Of a DNA stretch of 64,000 nt, positions 10,540 through 20,352 are shown piece after piece. Numbering within the stretch: position 1 is the stretch's first letter; the number at the start of each line of letters is the position of its first letter. The stretch is from Planctomycetota bacterium (GTDB taxonomy: Bacteria; Planctomycetota; MHYJ01; JACQXL01): contig JAZDMB010000030.1 in assembly GCA_043801445.1 (NCBI GenBank), forward strand, positions 78,178-142,177, given 5' to 3'. The notes under the pieces were generated by a model that saw only the letters and a list, made by a program, of their open reading frames with translations, did no database searches and was not told where the DNA came from. The translations under genes and the position numbers were made by a program.

Positions 10540-11355
10540 ATGAAGAAAATTAAAATATATAAGTTAACTGTGCTTTTGATTGTTTCACTGACAATTGCAA
10601 GCGCGATTTATTATGCGGGTTGTTCAAGAAGTAGAAATGCTGACGAAAATAAAGATATCGATAGGGATCCTCTTGCTGAGATTGAAGGTCAAATTGACAG
10701 GAAATCTAAGGAGTTAAAGAATACCAACGAACGTATTAACGCTTTATATAGTGAAGACAGGTTGACAAGAAGCGCTGGTATCTGGTCATTAATTGAACAT
10801 CCAGACCCCATAGCAATACCTCATATTATGCAACTACTGAAAAATAACGATATAAGACTTAAAACTTTTTATAATAGGAATCATTCTGGCAAGTCACTTG
10901 ATGTATTTATTAGTATTGGTGCGCCTGTAATTCCCTATATTATAGATGAGTTTAGAACTTGTTTAACACAAATGCCCAGTGAGGAAAATGAGTTCTTTAT
11001 TGTGCTACTAGAAAATACGCTGTCGGAGATGACATCTTTTCCTGCGAGATATAATTATATTAACGGTTCATCTCAAGAAAAAATGGCGGTTTTACAATGG
11101 TGGATTGGTTGGTGGGAGAAAAATGGGGGACTGTCAAATATTACTTGGCGTAAAGATTCTATTAGAACTCATCAAAAAGATTTAACCTTAAGAAATATCG
11201 GGAGAGTTTCAACAATCAAGAAATTAAGACAATTAACCGGACTAAAATATAGCGAGGTAATTGTTAATACATCACCTGTAGATTATCCTCCAATGAAAGA
11301 CAGGAATGGTAATTTTCAAGGTTATCCTAATAAAGAAGATTTGAAGAAGTGGTAG
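10540..11355 (+). CDS. hypothetical lipoprotein (W-rich C-terminal region)
   Basis: Start 'MKKIKIYKLTVLLIVSLTIASAIYYAGCS' is a signal peptide with lipobox. The ORF ends at a TAG that is followed in-frame by a further 57 coding-like codons (see findings). Confidence 0.45.
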   Translation: MKKIKIYKLTVLLIVSLTIASAIYYAGCSRSRNADENKDIDRDPLAEIEGQIDRKSKELKNTNERINALYSEDRLTRSAGIWSLIEHPDPIAIPHIMQLLKNNDIRLKTFYNRNHSGKSLDVFISIGAPVIPYIIDEFRTCLTQMPSEENEFFIVLLENTLSEMTSFPARYNYINGSSQEKMAVLQWWIGWWEKNGGLSNITWRKDSIRTHQKDLTLRNIGRVSTIKKLRQLTGLKYSEVIVNTSPVDYPPMKDRNGNFQGYPNKEDLKKW

Positions 11356-11529
11356 GAGTGGTTTGATGAATACGGCGAGATTGATAAATGGAATCAATGG
11401 ATAAATGAAAATTATGATTACTTATATTGGTCTAAAGAAAAAGGTTATTTTATTGTCAATGAAGAAGCCAAACAAAAGAAAATTCCGGTCGACCCAGAGA
11501 CCGGTCATATAAAAAGATAAACAATTCCA
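11356..11529 (+). pseudogene. in-frame coding-like extension downstream of the TAG stop of the 10540-11355 gene
   Basis: Same frame as the upstream gene. Translation EWFDEYGEIDKWNQWINENYDYLYWSKEKGYFIVNEEAKQKKIPVDPETGHIKR ends at TAA 11527-11529. Composition resembles the upstream W-rich protein. Confidence 0.3.
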
Positions 11530-11559
11530 TGGGACGGTGGCACCTCACCCTCCAAAGGC

Positions 11560-11721
11560 CATGCCAGAGGCCCTCCATAGGCGGGTAAACAGGTAAACGG
11601 GCAGGCAGTAGCAGAACAGGGTTGCATCTTCACCCCGTTAGAGTCGCAACAGCCGAATGGATTAAACCAAAACAAAACCCATATCACACATTACGAACGA
11701 CTCTAACGGGGCAGGCAGATT
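11560..11721 (+). repeat. hairpin-forming dispersed element, copy 2
   Basis: 'gggcaggcagtagcag...ccccgttagagtcg / cgactctaacgggg...caggcag'. Stem carries compensatory changes relative to copies 1 and 3 (gagtcg/cgactc vs gaagc/gcttc). Confidence 0.6.
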
Positions 11722-11837
11722 ATCTAATAAGGATTGCTCTTGACATACAAGGGATAATTTTCTATAGAATAGGCATTTAGGGACGATAGAGATATATGAT
11801 GCGTTCATAGAGAATCCCAATTACCGATTAGGTATAT

Positions 11838-12326
11838 ATGACACAGAAACAGAATCTCAAGCTTACGCTCGTTTTAGGATTATTCTTTATCTCGTTAGGC
11901 GGATTCCTGCTCCACCTGCGGATTCACAATCCGGCCGTTAAAGCGGTTAATTATTTCCCTTTTATTATCGGGCTGATTAATATTGTCATTATTCCGTGGC
12001 TTTTCTTGTTCCGTAAATGGGTGCTCACGGCATATCTTTTTAATGGTTTGACGGTTATTTTCGGCATAATTTTCATGGCGCATTTTTCCACCGCTCATTT
12101 AACTGATTTCAGTTTTAAGGGCATTGTTGTGGGTACGCTTTTGGCAGATATTATTGTGCTCGGCACCAAATTTACACTGGGCAAGGCATTATTCGATTTG
12201 GAAATGGGACATGACCCGGACCGGGAATTAAGATACATGAGCCTGCGCTATCCTAATATGGGCTGGTGGTTTATCCATCTTGCGGGTATCGCATTGGTCT
12301 ACGCTATAGGAGCCATTGTATTATGA
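11838..12326 (+). CDS. hypothetical integral membrane protein
   Basis: About five hydrophobic segments. No recognised motif. Confidence 0.5.
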   Translation: MTQKQNLKLTLVLGLFFISLGGFLLHLRIHNPAVKAVNYFPFIIGLINIVIIPWLFLFRKWVLTAYLFNGLTVIFGIIFMAHFSTAHLTDFSFKGIVVGTLLADIIVLGTKFTLGKALFDLEMGHDPDRELRYMSLRYPNMGWWFIHLAGIALVYAIGAIVL

Positions 12327-12444
12327 TGAGATATTTTAGATTGGGTTCGTTAGGCTGGTTTATCCTGCATCTGGCTGTGATTGTTTTAATATTATGGCTG
12401 GGTTCGGTTATAAAATTTATATAGGTAGAAAGGAGATAAGGAAT

Positions 12445-12759
12445 ATGCAAAAGGCAATAGTTATAGGGCTGCTTATGTGCGGCGTGGTGTATTATTGGGG
12501 CTGTGGCAAAGAAAAGACTGCCGAGCAGCCGACTGCGGCAAAAACCGTAGCTCCGGCAACCGATGTTGTCAATCCGCATACGATTACCGATGCCGAGGTG
12601 GGTTTAACTGCCAAGTGTCCGGTAATGGGCAGTGAAGTTACCGTTGCCAAAGATACTCTGGCCGCTGAATACAAAGGCAAGGTCTATTATTTCTGCTGCG
12701 GTAGCTGTCCTGAGCAATTCAAACTCGACCCGGAAAAGTTTATCAAGGAATCAAAGTAG
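12445..12759 (+). CDS. YHS/TRASH-type metal-binding domain lipoprotein
   Basis: Signal/lipobox 'LLMCGVVYYWGCG'. C-terminal 'CPVMGSEV...YYFCCGSCPEQF' matches the YHS-domain cysteine pattern. Confidence 0.6.
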   Translation: MQKAIVIGLLMCGVVYYWGCGKEKTAEQPTAAKTVAPATDVVNPHTITDAEVGLTAKCPVMGSEVTVAKDTLAAEYKGKVYYFCCGSCPEQFKLDPEKFIKESK

Positions 12760-12859
12760 TACTCGAGTACTTAGTACTAAAGTATCTTAGCGGCTAAATT
12801 CACCTGTGCCCGTAGGGTATACTTTCCTATACCGCGAGAAATCAGAAAGGAGAAATATT

Positions 12860-13834
12860 ATGAAAAACAGTGCAGCGATTCTGTTATTGGTAGTATTGGT
12901 AACTGTTTTTAATTATGGTTGCGGAAGCAGCAGCAGTGGTAGTTCTACCACCGCCGGGTCCACGACGGCCGTGGATGACTATGTTTGGGTGGCAAATTCT
13001 GGCGCTGTTACCCGCATTCTGAAATCAGATCCTGCTATCAGCACCACGATTACCGCGGGAGGTGGACGGGGAGTCGCAGTAGATGAAACCTATTGCTGGG
13101 CGGTAGAACAGGGCTCTAATTATATCATCCGCATCCTGAAATCAGACCCCGCTATCACGTCCACGATTGTGGTAGGAACTAACCCCTTTGGAATCGCGGT
13201 TGACGGGACCTATTGCTGGGTAGTAAATACTGGGTCTGCTAATGTCACCCGCATCCAGAAATCAAATACTGCTATTAGCGCCACGATTGGCGTGGGAAGT
13301 TCACCCCAGGACATTGCGGTAGACGCGACCTATTGCTGGGTGGCAAATCAGGGTAACGGCGCTAATAGTGTCACCCGCATCAAGAAATCAGACTTAACCA
13401 CGACCACGATTGCCGTAGGAACTAATCCCACCGGAATCGCGGTAGATGAGACCTATTGTTGGGTGGCAAATTATTATGATAATAATGTCAGCCGTATCTT
13501 GAAATCAAACCCGGCTATCAGCGACACGGTTACGGTGGAAAGTCGTCCAGTTGGAGTCGCGGTTGACGGAACCTATTGTTGGGTGGCAAATTATATTTCT
13601 TGCACTGTCACCCGCATCAAGAAATCAGACTTAACCACGTTCACGAGTCCGGTGGGAACTTCCCCTTGTGGAGTCGCGGTAGACGGAACCTATGTCTGGG
13701 TGACAAATTCTGTTGCTAATACTGTCACCCGTATCCTGAAATCAGACTTAAGCACAACCGCGATTGCGGTCGGAACTACTCCCGTATCGTTGGGCGATAT
13801 GACCGGCTATGCCTACGATAATTACGCCCGGTAG
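12860..13834 (+). CDS. YVTN-family beta-propeller repeat lipoprotein
   Basis: Lipobox 'NYGCGSSSSG'. About eight consecutive ~40-aa repeats 'TYCWVANxGxxxVTRIxKSDxxxxTTIxVGxxPxGIAVD' (YVTN 40-residue repeat). Confidence 0.65.
   Translation: MKNSAAILLLVVLVTVFNYGCGSSSSGSSTTAGSTTAVDDYVWVANSGAVTRILKSDPAISTTITAGGGRGVAVDETYCWAVEQGSNYIIRILKSDPAITSTIVVGTNPFGIAVDGTYCWVVNTGSANVTRIQKSNTAISATIGVGSSPQDIAVDATYCWVANQGNGANSVTRIKKSDLTTTTIAVGTNPTGIAVDETYCWVANYYDNNVSRILKSNPAISDTVTVESRPVGVAVDGTYCWVANYISCTVTRIKKSDLTTFTSPVGTSPCGVAVDGTYVWVTNSVANTVTRILKSDLSTTAIAVGTTPVSLGDMTGYAYDNYAR
12990..13790 (+). repeat. intragenic tandem repeat (~120 bp unit x ~7-8) encoding the YVTN propeller blades
   Basis: Recurring DNA blocks '...acctattgctgggtggcaaat...gtcacccgcatc(c/a)(a/t)gaaatcag...' visible at ~120-bp spacing. 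Confidence 0.7.
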
Positions 13835-14100
13835 TATTCTTGATGTTCAAGCATTGTTTTATTAATTTATATTATCATGGCAACCGCAGAGCAACAACTC
13901 CAATAGTTTAATTAATATGGTATCCCTAGAATTACTAAACATTTTGCTTGACTTATAGAGATCTTTCCTCTAGAGAGTAACTGGCAGAAAACCCAAAAGA
14001 GGATCCGTTAGGTTTTTCGTTTGAGACGACTCTGTTATGAACCATAACCAGTCCCCTGGTGAATATGATGGATTCTGATTAAAATATATTCTTTAAATAA

Positions 14101-16236
14101 ATGAAAATTATCGTATTGGTATTAGGTATTATCACTGGTTTAGCAATCTTGGGTTATGCCGCACAGGATAACAATAATACAGAACTGTCAAAAGCCAAAG
14201 AGGCAGATAAGGAAAAGATAGAAGTGTCAAAAGAGTTCTATAATTTAGGCTCAGATGCTTTCAAGGACAAAAAGTATGATAAAGCGCGTAGCTTCTTAAT
14301 CAAAGCAATTTCCTATAATACCGAATTCATTGAAGCTTATGCTTTACTCGGCGACATATACGCCATACTTAAAGAAGAGACATTGGCATTCGAAAATTAT
14401 AAGAAATGTATGGATTGTGTTGATAAATTGAAGTCACCTTCAGAAGAAATAATCAAGCTTCGTAATGATTTATTTACTAAAACAGCGAAATTCAGAGAAT
14501 GGGAGGCGAAATTATTAACTCTGGATGAGGAATTCGTTGGCCGATTACTTGAATTGGGCTTGAAAGCCAAGGAGGAAAACGATTATTTATTAGCCGAGGA
14601 TATATTTTCTTTGGTTGTAAAAGTAGATAAAAATAATTCAGAGGCTTCAGGTTATCTGCAGAAAGTCAAAGATGAATTAAGCCAGGGAGCCGGAGATGCA
14701 TCAAACGTTGAAGCCGCTCAAATTTATTATCAATCCGGGCTGGCGTTTTTTAAGCAAAATAAATACGAAGAAGCGATTGAAAAATTCAGTAAAGCGGTCT
14801 CGGCCAAAAAGTATTTCCTTGAAGCATTATTTAAGTTGGGTGAATGTTATGAAAAGACTAAAAATAATATTCAAGCGATAAATAATTATAGATTGTGTCT
14901 GAGGTCTTTAGAATTCAGAAAGGAACTTACCCAAGATGAAAAGAATATCTTAACAGCGGTTAAACGTAATCTTGGTGCAATTGATAATAAAAGTAAGGAA
15001 ATTACTACTGTCCGTGAGAAATATGTTACTGAACTGATAAAAACAGCTAAAGATTGCATATCGCAAAACTCGGTTGATTTTGCCAAAAGTATTTATCAGA
15101 AGATTCTCAAGATAGAACCGGGTAATAAAACCGCCGTTGAAGCAATTACCAGAATCGAAAAAGAATCTACGAAAAAGATTGGTTGGTTGTCATTAACTCT
15201 GGGAGGCGCTCACGGAGTCGGCGTGAAAACAGATGGCACTCTATGGAGCTGGGGTTTAAATCAATCCGGACAATTAGGTGATGGAACAAATACTAGCAGA
15301 AACAAACCTGGTCAGATTGGGAAAGATATCAATTGGTTGAGCATTGTAGCCGGTAGCAGTCATACCTTGGCTCTGAAATCGGATGGTAGTCTATGGGCAT
15401 GGGGTGCCAATGAGTATGGCCAATTGGGTGACGGTACGACCAAAAATCGAAATAGTCCAATTAGAATAGGCACTGATACAACATGGTCGGTAATTAATTG
15501 TGGGCTTAATCATAGTATTGCCTTGAAAATTAACGGAACTTTATGGACCTGGGGCAAAAATGGATATGGCGCACTGGGTGACGGCACATGGGAACATAAG
15601 AATGTCCCGATTCAGATAGGCATTGACACAAACTGGGCAATTATTGCGGGCGGGAGCGAGCTTACTGCTGTTTTAAAAACAGATGGGACTTTGTGGACCT
15701 GGGGCTGTAGTCTTTTTGGTCAATTGGGTGATGGGTTACCCAATCATAATAGAAATAGGCCGATGCAAATAGGCACGGATACTGACTGGGCCGCTATGGT
15801 CTCCAATAATGCGTCTATTACCGCTCTAAAAAAGAATGGCACTATCTGGACCTGGGGTAATAATAATTTCGGTCAACTTGGAGACGGTACATGGATAGAC
15901 AGAAATGTTCCGGTTCAAATGGGCATAGATACAGACTGGGCAATGATCCAAGCCGGCGGGGGTAATTTTATGGCTCTGAAATCGGACGGTAGTCTGTGGG
16001 CATGGGGCGCCAACGGTTCCGGCCAATTAGGGATTGGAACTAAAACGAATAAAAATATACCTACCCAGGTCGGCACTGATAAAAATTGGCAAACTATTGT
16101 ATTTGCAGGCTTATCCAATAGTTCTGCTGCCTTTAAGAACGACGGCAGTGTTTGGATTTGGGGTGCCAACGGCGCCGGGCAATTAGGCGACGGCACCACT
16201 ACTGATAAAAATTCTCTTACCCGAATGAGCCACTAA
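14101..16236 (+). CDS. TPR-repeat / RCC1-repeat beta-propeller fusion protein
   Basis: N-terminal signal anchor. TPR-like helical repeats (EAYALLGDIY, KLGECYEKTKNNIQAINNYRLCL). C-terminal seven RCC1 repeats, each with 'G(Q/A)LGDGT' and 'LKxDG(T/S)LW(T/A)WG'. Confidence 0.7.
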   Translation: MKIIVLVLGIITGLAILGYAAQDNNNTELSKAKEADKEKIEVSKEFYNLGSDAFKDKKYDKARSFLIKAISYNTEFIEAYALLGDIYAILKEETLAFENYKKCMDCVDKLKSPSEEIIKLRNDLFTKTAKFREWEAKLLTLDEEFVGRLLELGLKAKEENDYLLAEDIFSLVVKVDKNNSEASGYLQKVKDELSQGAGDASNVEAAQIYYQSGLAFFKQNKYEEAIEKFSKAVSAKKYFLEALFKLGECYEKTKNNIQAINNYRLCLRSLEFRKELTQDEKNILTAVKRNLGAIDNKSKEITTVREKYVTELIKTAKDCISQNSVDFAKSIYQKILKIEPGNKTAVEAITRIEKESTKKIGWLSLTLGGAHGVGVKTDGTLWSWGLNQSGQLGDGTNTSRNKPGQIGKDINWLSIVAGSSHTLALKSDGSLWAWGANEYGQLGDGTTKNRNSPIRIGTDTTWSVINCGLNHSIALKINGTLWTWGKNGYGALGDGTWEHKNVPIQIGIDTNWAIIAGGSELTAVLKTDGTLWTWGCSLFGQLGDGLPNHNRNRPMQIGTDTDWAAMVSNNASITALKKNGTIWTWGNNNFGQLGDGTWIDRNVPVQMGIDTDWAMIQAGGGNFMALKSDGSLWAWGANGSGQLGIGTKTNKNIPTQVGTDKNWQTIVFAGLSNSSAAFKNDGSVWIWGANGAGQLGDGTTTDKNSLTRMSH

Positions 16237-16268
16237 AATTATTTTATCTGACTAGAAAGGAATACTTT

Positions 16269-17846
16269 ATGCTGTCGAAATCAAAATATATTATATTTGG
16301 GATAGTGATTATTTCTTTTTTAGGTGTTTTGAATTATTCGTTGCCTGATGATAATTTAGTTCCAGCTTCAAATCAGGATGTGACCGACCCGCAAAAAATC
16401 GAGCTGGCAAAAGATTCCTATAATTTAGCTTTAGCCGCATACAAGGAGAAGAACTATGAAAGATCCTGTGATTATTTGTCAAAAGCGATTTCGTTTTATC
16501 CAAATTATACCGAAGCGTATGCTTTATTAGGTAACGTTTATTATTCATTGAAGGAAGAAGAACGGGCATACGAATCCTATAAGAAATGCATAGAACTTAT
16601 TGATAAATCCGAGTCACCGTCTGATGATATAAGCAAACTGCGTGCTGAAATATTACCCAAGATTGAGAAAATTCTGGTATTGGATGCCAAAATATCCGTT
16701 TTGGATAAGGAATTTGTGGCACGAATATTGGAATTAGGTATGGAATCTATGCAAAGAGAGGATTATTTATTGGCAGAAGAAACATTTTTACTAATACTTA
16801 AAATAGACGCGAATAACACTGAAGTATCGGATAATCTTCAAAAGGTTAAAAATATATTAGCCCAAAATGATGGCAGCAATAACTACGAAATAGCCAAAGC
16901 ATATTATCAGTCCGGGCTGTTGCTTTTTAATCAAAACAAGTATGACGAAGCAATCGAAAAATTCAATAAAGCCCTTTCAACTAAAAAGGATTTTGTCGAG
17001 GCATTATTTAAGTTAGGCGAATGTTATGAAAACACAAAGGATACCATTCAAGCAATAATCAATTATCGATTATGTCTAAAATCTCTGGAATCCAAGAAAG
17101 AACTTGTCCAGGATGAAAAAAATATCCTGACCAGTGCTAAACGCAATCTTGATAAAATAGATGTTAAAGGCAAAGAATTTAAGATTGCAAAAGAAAAATA
17201 CGTAGCGGAGCTTCTGAAAACAGTCAATGAATACGCCTCTAAAAAATATCTTAATTGTGCAGTAAAGTTATACCGAAAAATTTTGAGTGTTGATCCTGTT
17301 AACAAAGCCGCTTCGGACGGGCTGGCGAAAGTGCGCAATGATATGACGCAAAAGGCGGTTGGCTCTAAGAAAGAACGCCTGATTTTCAGCGGCGAAGATA
17401 TGAGTGGATGGGATGTGAACAGTATATGGTTGCCGCTCTGGTCAGTCGATAAACCATTTCTGGTTTTTAACAGAACATCAAGAGATCAACCCAGCCTTAT
17501 TGAATATAAAACTGCCTTCCCCGAAAATTATATTTTAGCATTCGAACTAATTTTAGAAAAAAGATTGCCTATAACAGGGTATGAAGTTGGTATTTGTTAC
17601 GGTCAAAGTAGCAATGAGGGTAAAATATCATTACAAATAGTTAATACAATTTTTTCCAAACTAAACAACTGGGAAAAAATACGCTTTACTTTTAGCAAAC
17701 AAGATATGACTTTTAAATTGGAGGAAGGGTCTAAGGTGACCAAGAAGGGCAAGCTGGAAGTATCTGGAGTTTATAAAATCGGCATAAACGCACGCGGTTA
17801 TATAGCCAAATTCCGCAATATTACCCTACTGGATTTGGATCAATGA
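16269..17846 (+). CDS. TPR-repeat protein, paralog of the N-terminal module of the upstream gene, with a different ~170-aa C-terminal domain
   Basis: Residues ~20-360 align closely with the 14101-16236 protein (e.g. 'KLGECYENTKDTIQAIINYRLCLKSLESKKELVQDEKNILTSAKRNL'). The C-terminus 'LIFSGEDMSGWDVN...FRNITLLDLDQ' is unrelated to RCC1. Confidence 0.6.
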   Translation: MLSKSKYIIFGIVIISFLGVLNYSLPDDNLVPASNQDVTDPQKIELAKDSYNLALAAYKEKNYERSCDYLSKAISFYPNYTEAYALLGNVYYSLKEEERAYESYKKCIELIDKSESPSDDISKLRAEILPKIEKILVLDAKISVLDKEFVARILELGMESMQREDYLLAEETFLLILKIDANNTEVSDNLQKVKNILAQNDGSNNYEIAKAYYQSGLLLFNQNKYDEAIEKFNKALSTKKDFVEALFKLGECYENTKDTIQAIINYRLCLKSLESKKELVQDEKNILTSAKRNLDKIDVKGKEFKIAKEKYVAELLKTVNEYASKKYLNCAVKLYRKILSVDPVNKAASDGLAKVRNDMTQKAVGSKKERLIFSGEDMSGWDVNSIWLPLWSVDKPFLVFNRTSRDQPSLIEYKTAFPENYILAFELILEKRLPITGYEVGICYGQSSNEGKISLQIVNTIFSKLNNWEKIRFTFSKQDMTFKLEEGSKVTKKGKLEVSGVYKIGINARGYIAKFRNITLLDLDQ

Positions 17847-17849
17847 ACT

Positions 17850-18750
17850 TGACTAAATTATTGTTGTTCTTGTTAAGCATTTTATTTTCTGATTAATATT
17901 TCATATCCCATATTTCTTAACTTTCTTGTTCATATTCCTGCTTGTTGGCATAGGTAGGGGTGTTAGTAAAATTTCTACGGGATACTCGTTAACGGCGAGG
18001 AATACCAAGCCATTCCGGATGGACATTTCATAAACCCTATATTACATCTGGGTTTTGGCGATGACTATCATCCGTCACCTTTAAGTAGGGCAGTTGTGCG
18101 ATAAACAGGCATACCTCTAACACCTTATTTCAGGCAGGTCACAGACTCATCTATCCTTGTAGTCAAATATCCCTAAGATATATAGGTTGGTCGCCTATAT
18201 GTGCTTATTTTATAGGATATACCGGTATAGGCTCTATTGGGTGGTAGGGGATACCCTACCCCCATACCACCAATACCATACCCCTTATAACTTATTCATA
18301 TACCTGATACTATCCTGTGATATATAGTATATACACCGGTAACCGAATATGTATTACCTTATATACTTACTGATACTACGATGTAGTCCATCTGATAGTA
18401 TATGTTATACTACAGGATAATATCAGATAATACAATGTTTAGTCAGGTATATTATATCGTATAGTATTGCATATGATAATTCATACTACCTTATAGTATA
18501 TAGTATAGTATGGGATAGATCAACTCATAGCATGGCATAGTCACACTATGTGGCATAGTTAGACACAGATACCGTATAGGTGAAATTCATTACAGAGAGT
18601 AATATACGGAAAATATATAATTATATTGACCCCATTAGAGATAATTGATATGGTTTACATATATGATAACCCCTCTGTCCCTGCGGGACTACGGGATAAC
18701 TGCCCGTAATTCTTCCCGACGGGACTCAAACAGGCAGTAAGGAGGTGTAA
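17850..18750. other. ~0.9 kb non-coding block of skewed, word-repetitive composition (tata/gtat/catag/ggtag words; near-palindrome GGTAGGGGATACCCTACCCCC)
   Basis: No ORF of 60 aa or more on either strand. Contains 'gggtggtaggggataccctacccccataccaccaataccatacccc' and long runs of 'tatagtata/catagcatggcatag'. Word content resembles the repeat arrays at 47.9-50.1 kb. Confidence 0.5.
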
Positions 18751-18751
18751 T

Positions 18752-19531
18752 ATGCCGATGATAAGTAAGGTGGATATACCGGTAATACCTGATGTGAGGC
18801 CGCACCAGGATATGAGCAGTAAATGGGAGGAGAATAGCAAGAATAACGCCCAGACTGCGAATGAACGCCGTAAATGGCGCATCAAGAACGATAATGACTA
18901 CGGCCAGATTATCGCCACACCTGCCGCGGAGAAATATAAGGCACGGGTTCAATTTACATCCGCCGGCGGTAATGACCGAGATGCCGAGGATATCTACGTT
19001 ATGCACCGCAAGAAACTGCTCAAGTCATACAAGAAATACCAAAAAGGATTGGATATCGTCTATGCCGAGGATGGCAAGAAATTCAAAGAGGCGATAGAGA
19101 AGAAGAAGGGTAACTGGGAAGAGGGCATCGGCACAACATTGCGATTTACCGGCAGTCGCGCCAGAGGCAGGCAGGTAGTCTCGGTAGTCGGCAAATGGCT
19201 GACCGGCGACCCGGCTACAGTCGGTATTTTACCGGAGGGTTCTCAGATTGATGGCGGTCCTTATGACATTGCGCCGGAGCGGCTGAAAGCCACATTACGC
19301 GCCTCGTTGACCCAACTCCTGACCCAGACCGGCATAATTATATCCGAATCAGAGTATAACCCGGCTCTGATGCTCAGGCACAACAGCCGAATAAAGGATT
19401 TTCTCTCGCGGATGTCCGACCCGACTAAAGCCATCAATTGGTCAATAGACCGCCTGACTGATAAATCGTATTGTGTCTGGTACCTGAACCAGGGGCAGTT
19501 GTTTCTGGGCATCCAGATTTATGCGCCGTAG
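18752..19531 (+). CDS. hypothetical protein (ORFan; visibly GC-richer than flanks)
   Basis: Strong RBS 'TAAGGAGGTGTAATATG'. 259-aa ORF with no recognisable motif. Codon composition is GC-richer than neighbouring genes. Upstream leader has several short GC hairpins (tacggg-ataactg-cccgta; gtccc-tgc-gggac). Confidence 0.5.
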   Translation: MPMISKVDIPVIPDVRPHQDMSSKWEENSKNNAQTANERRKWRIKNDNDYGQIIATPAAEKYKARVQFTSAGGNDRDAEDIYVMHRKKLLKSYKKYQKGLDIVYAEDGKKFKEAIEKKKGNWEEGIGTTLRFTGSRARGRQVVSVVGKWLTGDPATVGILPEGSQIDGGPYDIAPERLKATLRASLTQLLTQTGIIISESEYNPALMLRHNSRIKDFLSRMSDPTKAINWSIDRLTDKSYCVWYLNQGQLFLGIQIYAP

Positions 19532-19715
19532 GAACGTGAAACCACAGATAGACACGGATAAACACTGATTTTTATATGGGTTAATCAAATCCCGATTAAA
19601 CACTGATTATCTGTGTTCATCGGTGTTCATCTGTGGTTGTCATACCTGTGGCAGATCCGCCTTTGGCGGACAGTTTTCTTGACCCCGTTTGGAATATTTT
19701 ATATATTCATATAAT

Positions 19716-20186
19716 ATGATAGGTATAGGATTTGATATACATAGATTAATTAAGGGCCGTGAATTTATCTTGGGCGGCATAAAGATCGATTATCCCAGAG
19801 GACTTAAGGGCCATTCTGATGCCGATGTGCTTCTGCACGCTTTGATTGATGCGCTTCTGGGCGCATCAAAATTGGGCGATATCGGTAATTTATTCCCCGA
19901 TACTGACCCTTGTTATACAAATATCCCCAGTTCAATATTGCTTAAAAAGACTTTAGACTTTATTCGTTCACACAAAAAGAGGTTTAAGATGCAGGATGTA
20001 GATAGTATTATATTTTTAGAAGAGCCCAAATTAGGCAGGAAGAAAAAGGTTATGGCGAACAATATCGCTCGCTTATTAAATATACCGATCAACAATGTTA
20101 ATGTCAAAGCCAAGACAATGGAGGGTTTGGGACCGATAGGGCACAAGAGCGCCGTTGCCGCTTTGGTCTTGGTGAATCTGGCCTAA
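19716..20186 (+). CDS. ispF: 2-C-methyl-D-erythritol 2,4-cyclodiphosphate synthase
   Basis: 'MIGIGFDIHRL...GHSDADVLLHALIDALLGA...LGDIG..FPDTDP' are hallmark IspF motifs. Start taken at the internal ATG at 19716. Confidence 0.85.
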   Translation: MIGIGFDIHRLIKGREFILGGIKIDYPRGLKGHSDADVLLHALIDALLGASKLGDIGNLFPDTDPCYTNIPSSILLKKTLDFIRSHKKRFKMQDVDSIIFLEEPKLGRKKKVMANNIARLLNIPINNVNVKAKTMEGLGPIGHKSAVAALVLVNLA

Positions 20187-20352
20187 CAAATATATCAACG
20201 CATATCGCGATTTCAGCACAATTTAAATTCTAAAATCAAATCTATTTAGGTTTTATTTAATTTTATTTGACATCTAATATTATTTTATTGCATATTATAC
20301 TTAGTGAACCTAATTATTAGGTCGCCGTATTATAATTACATAGGGTAATTCA

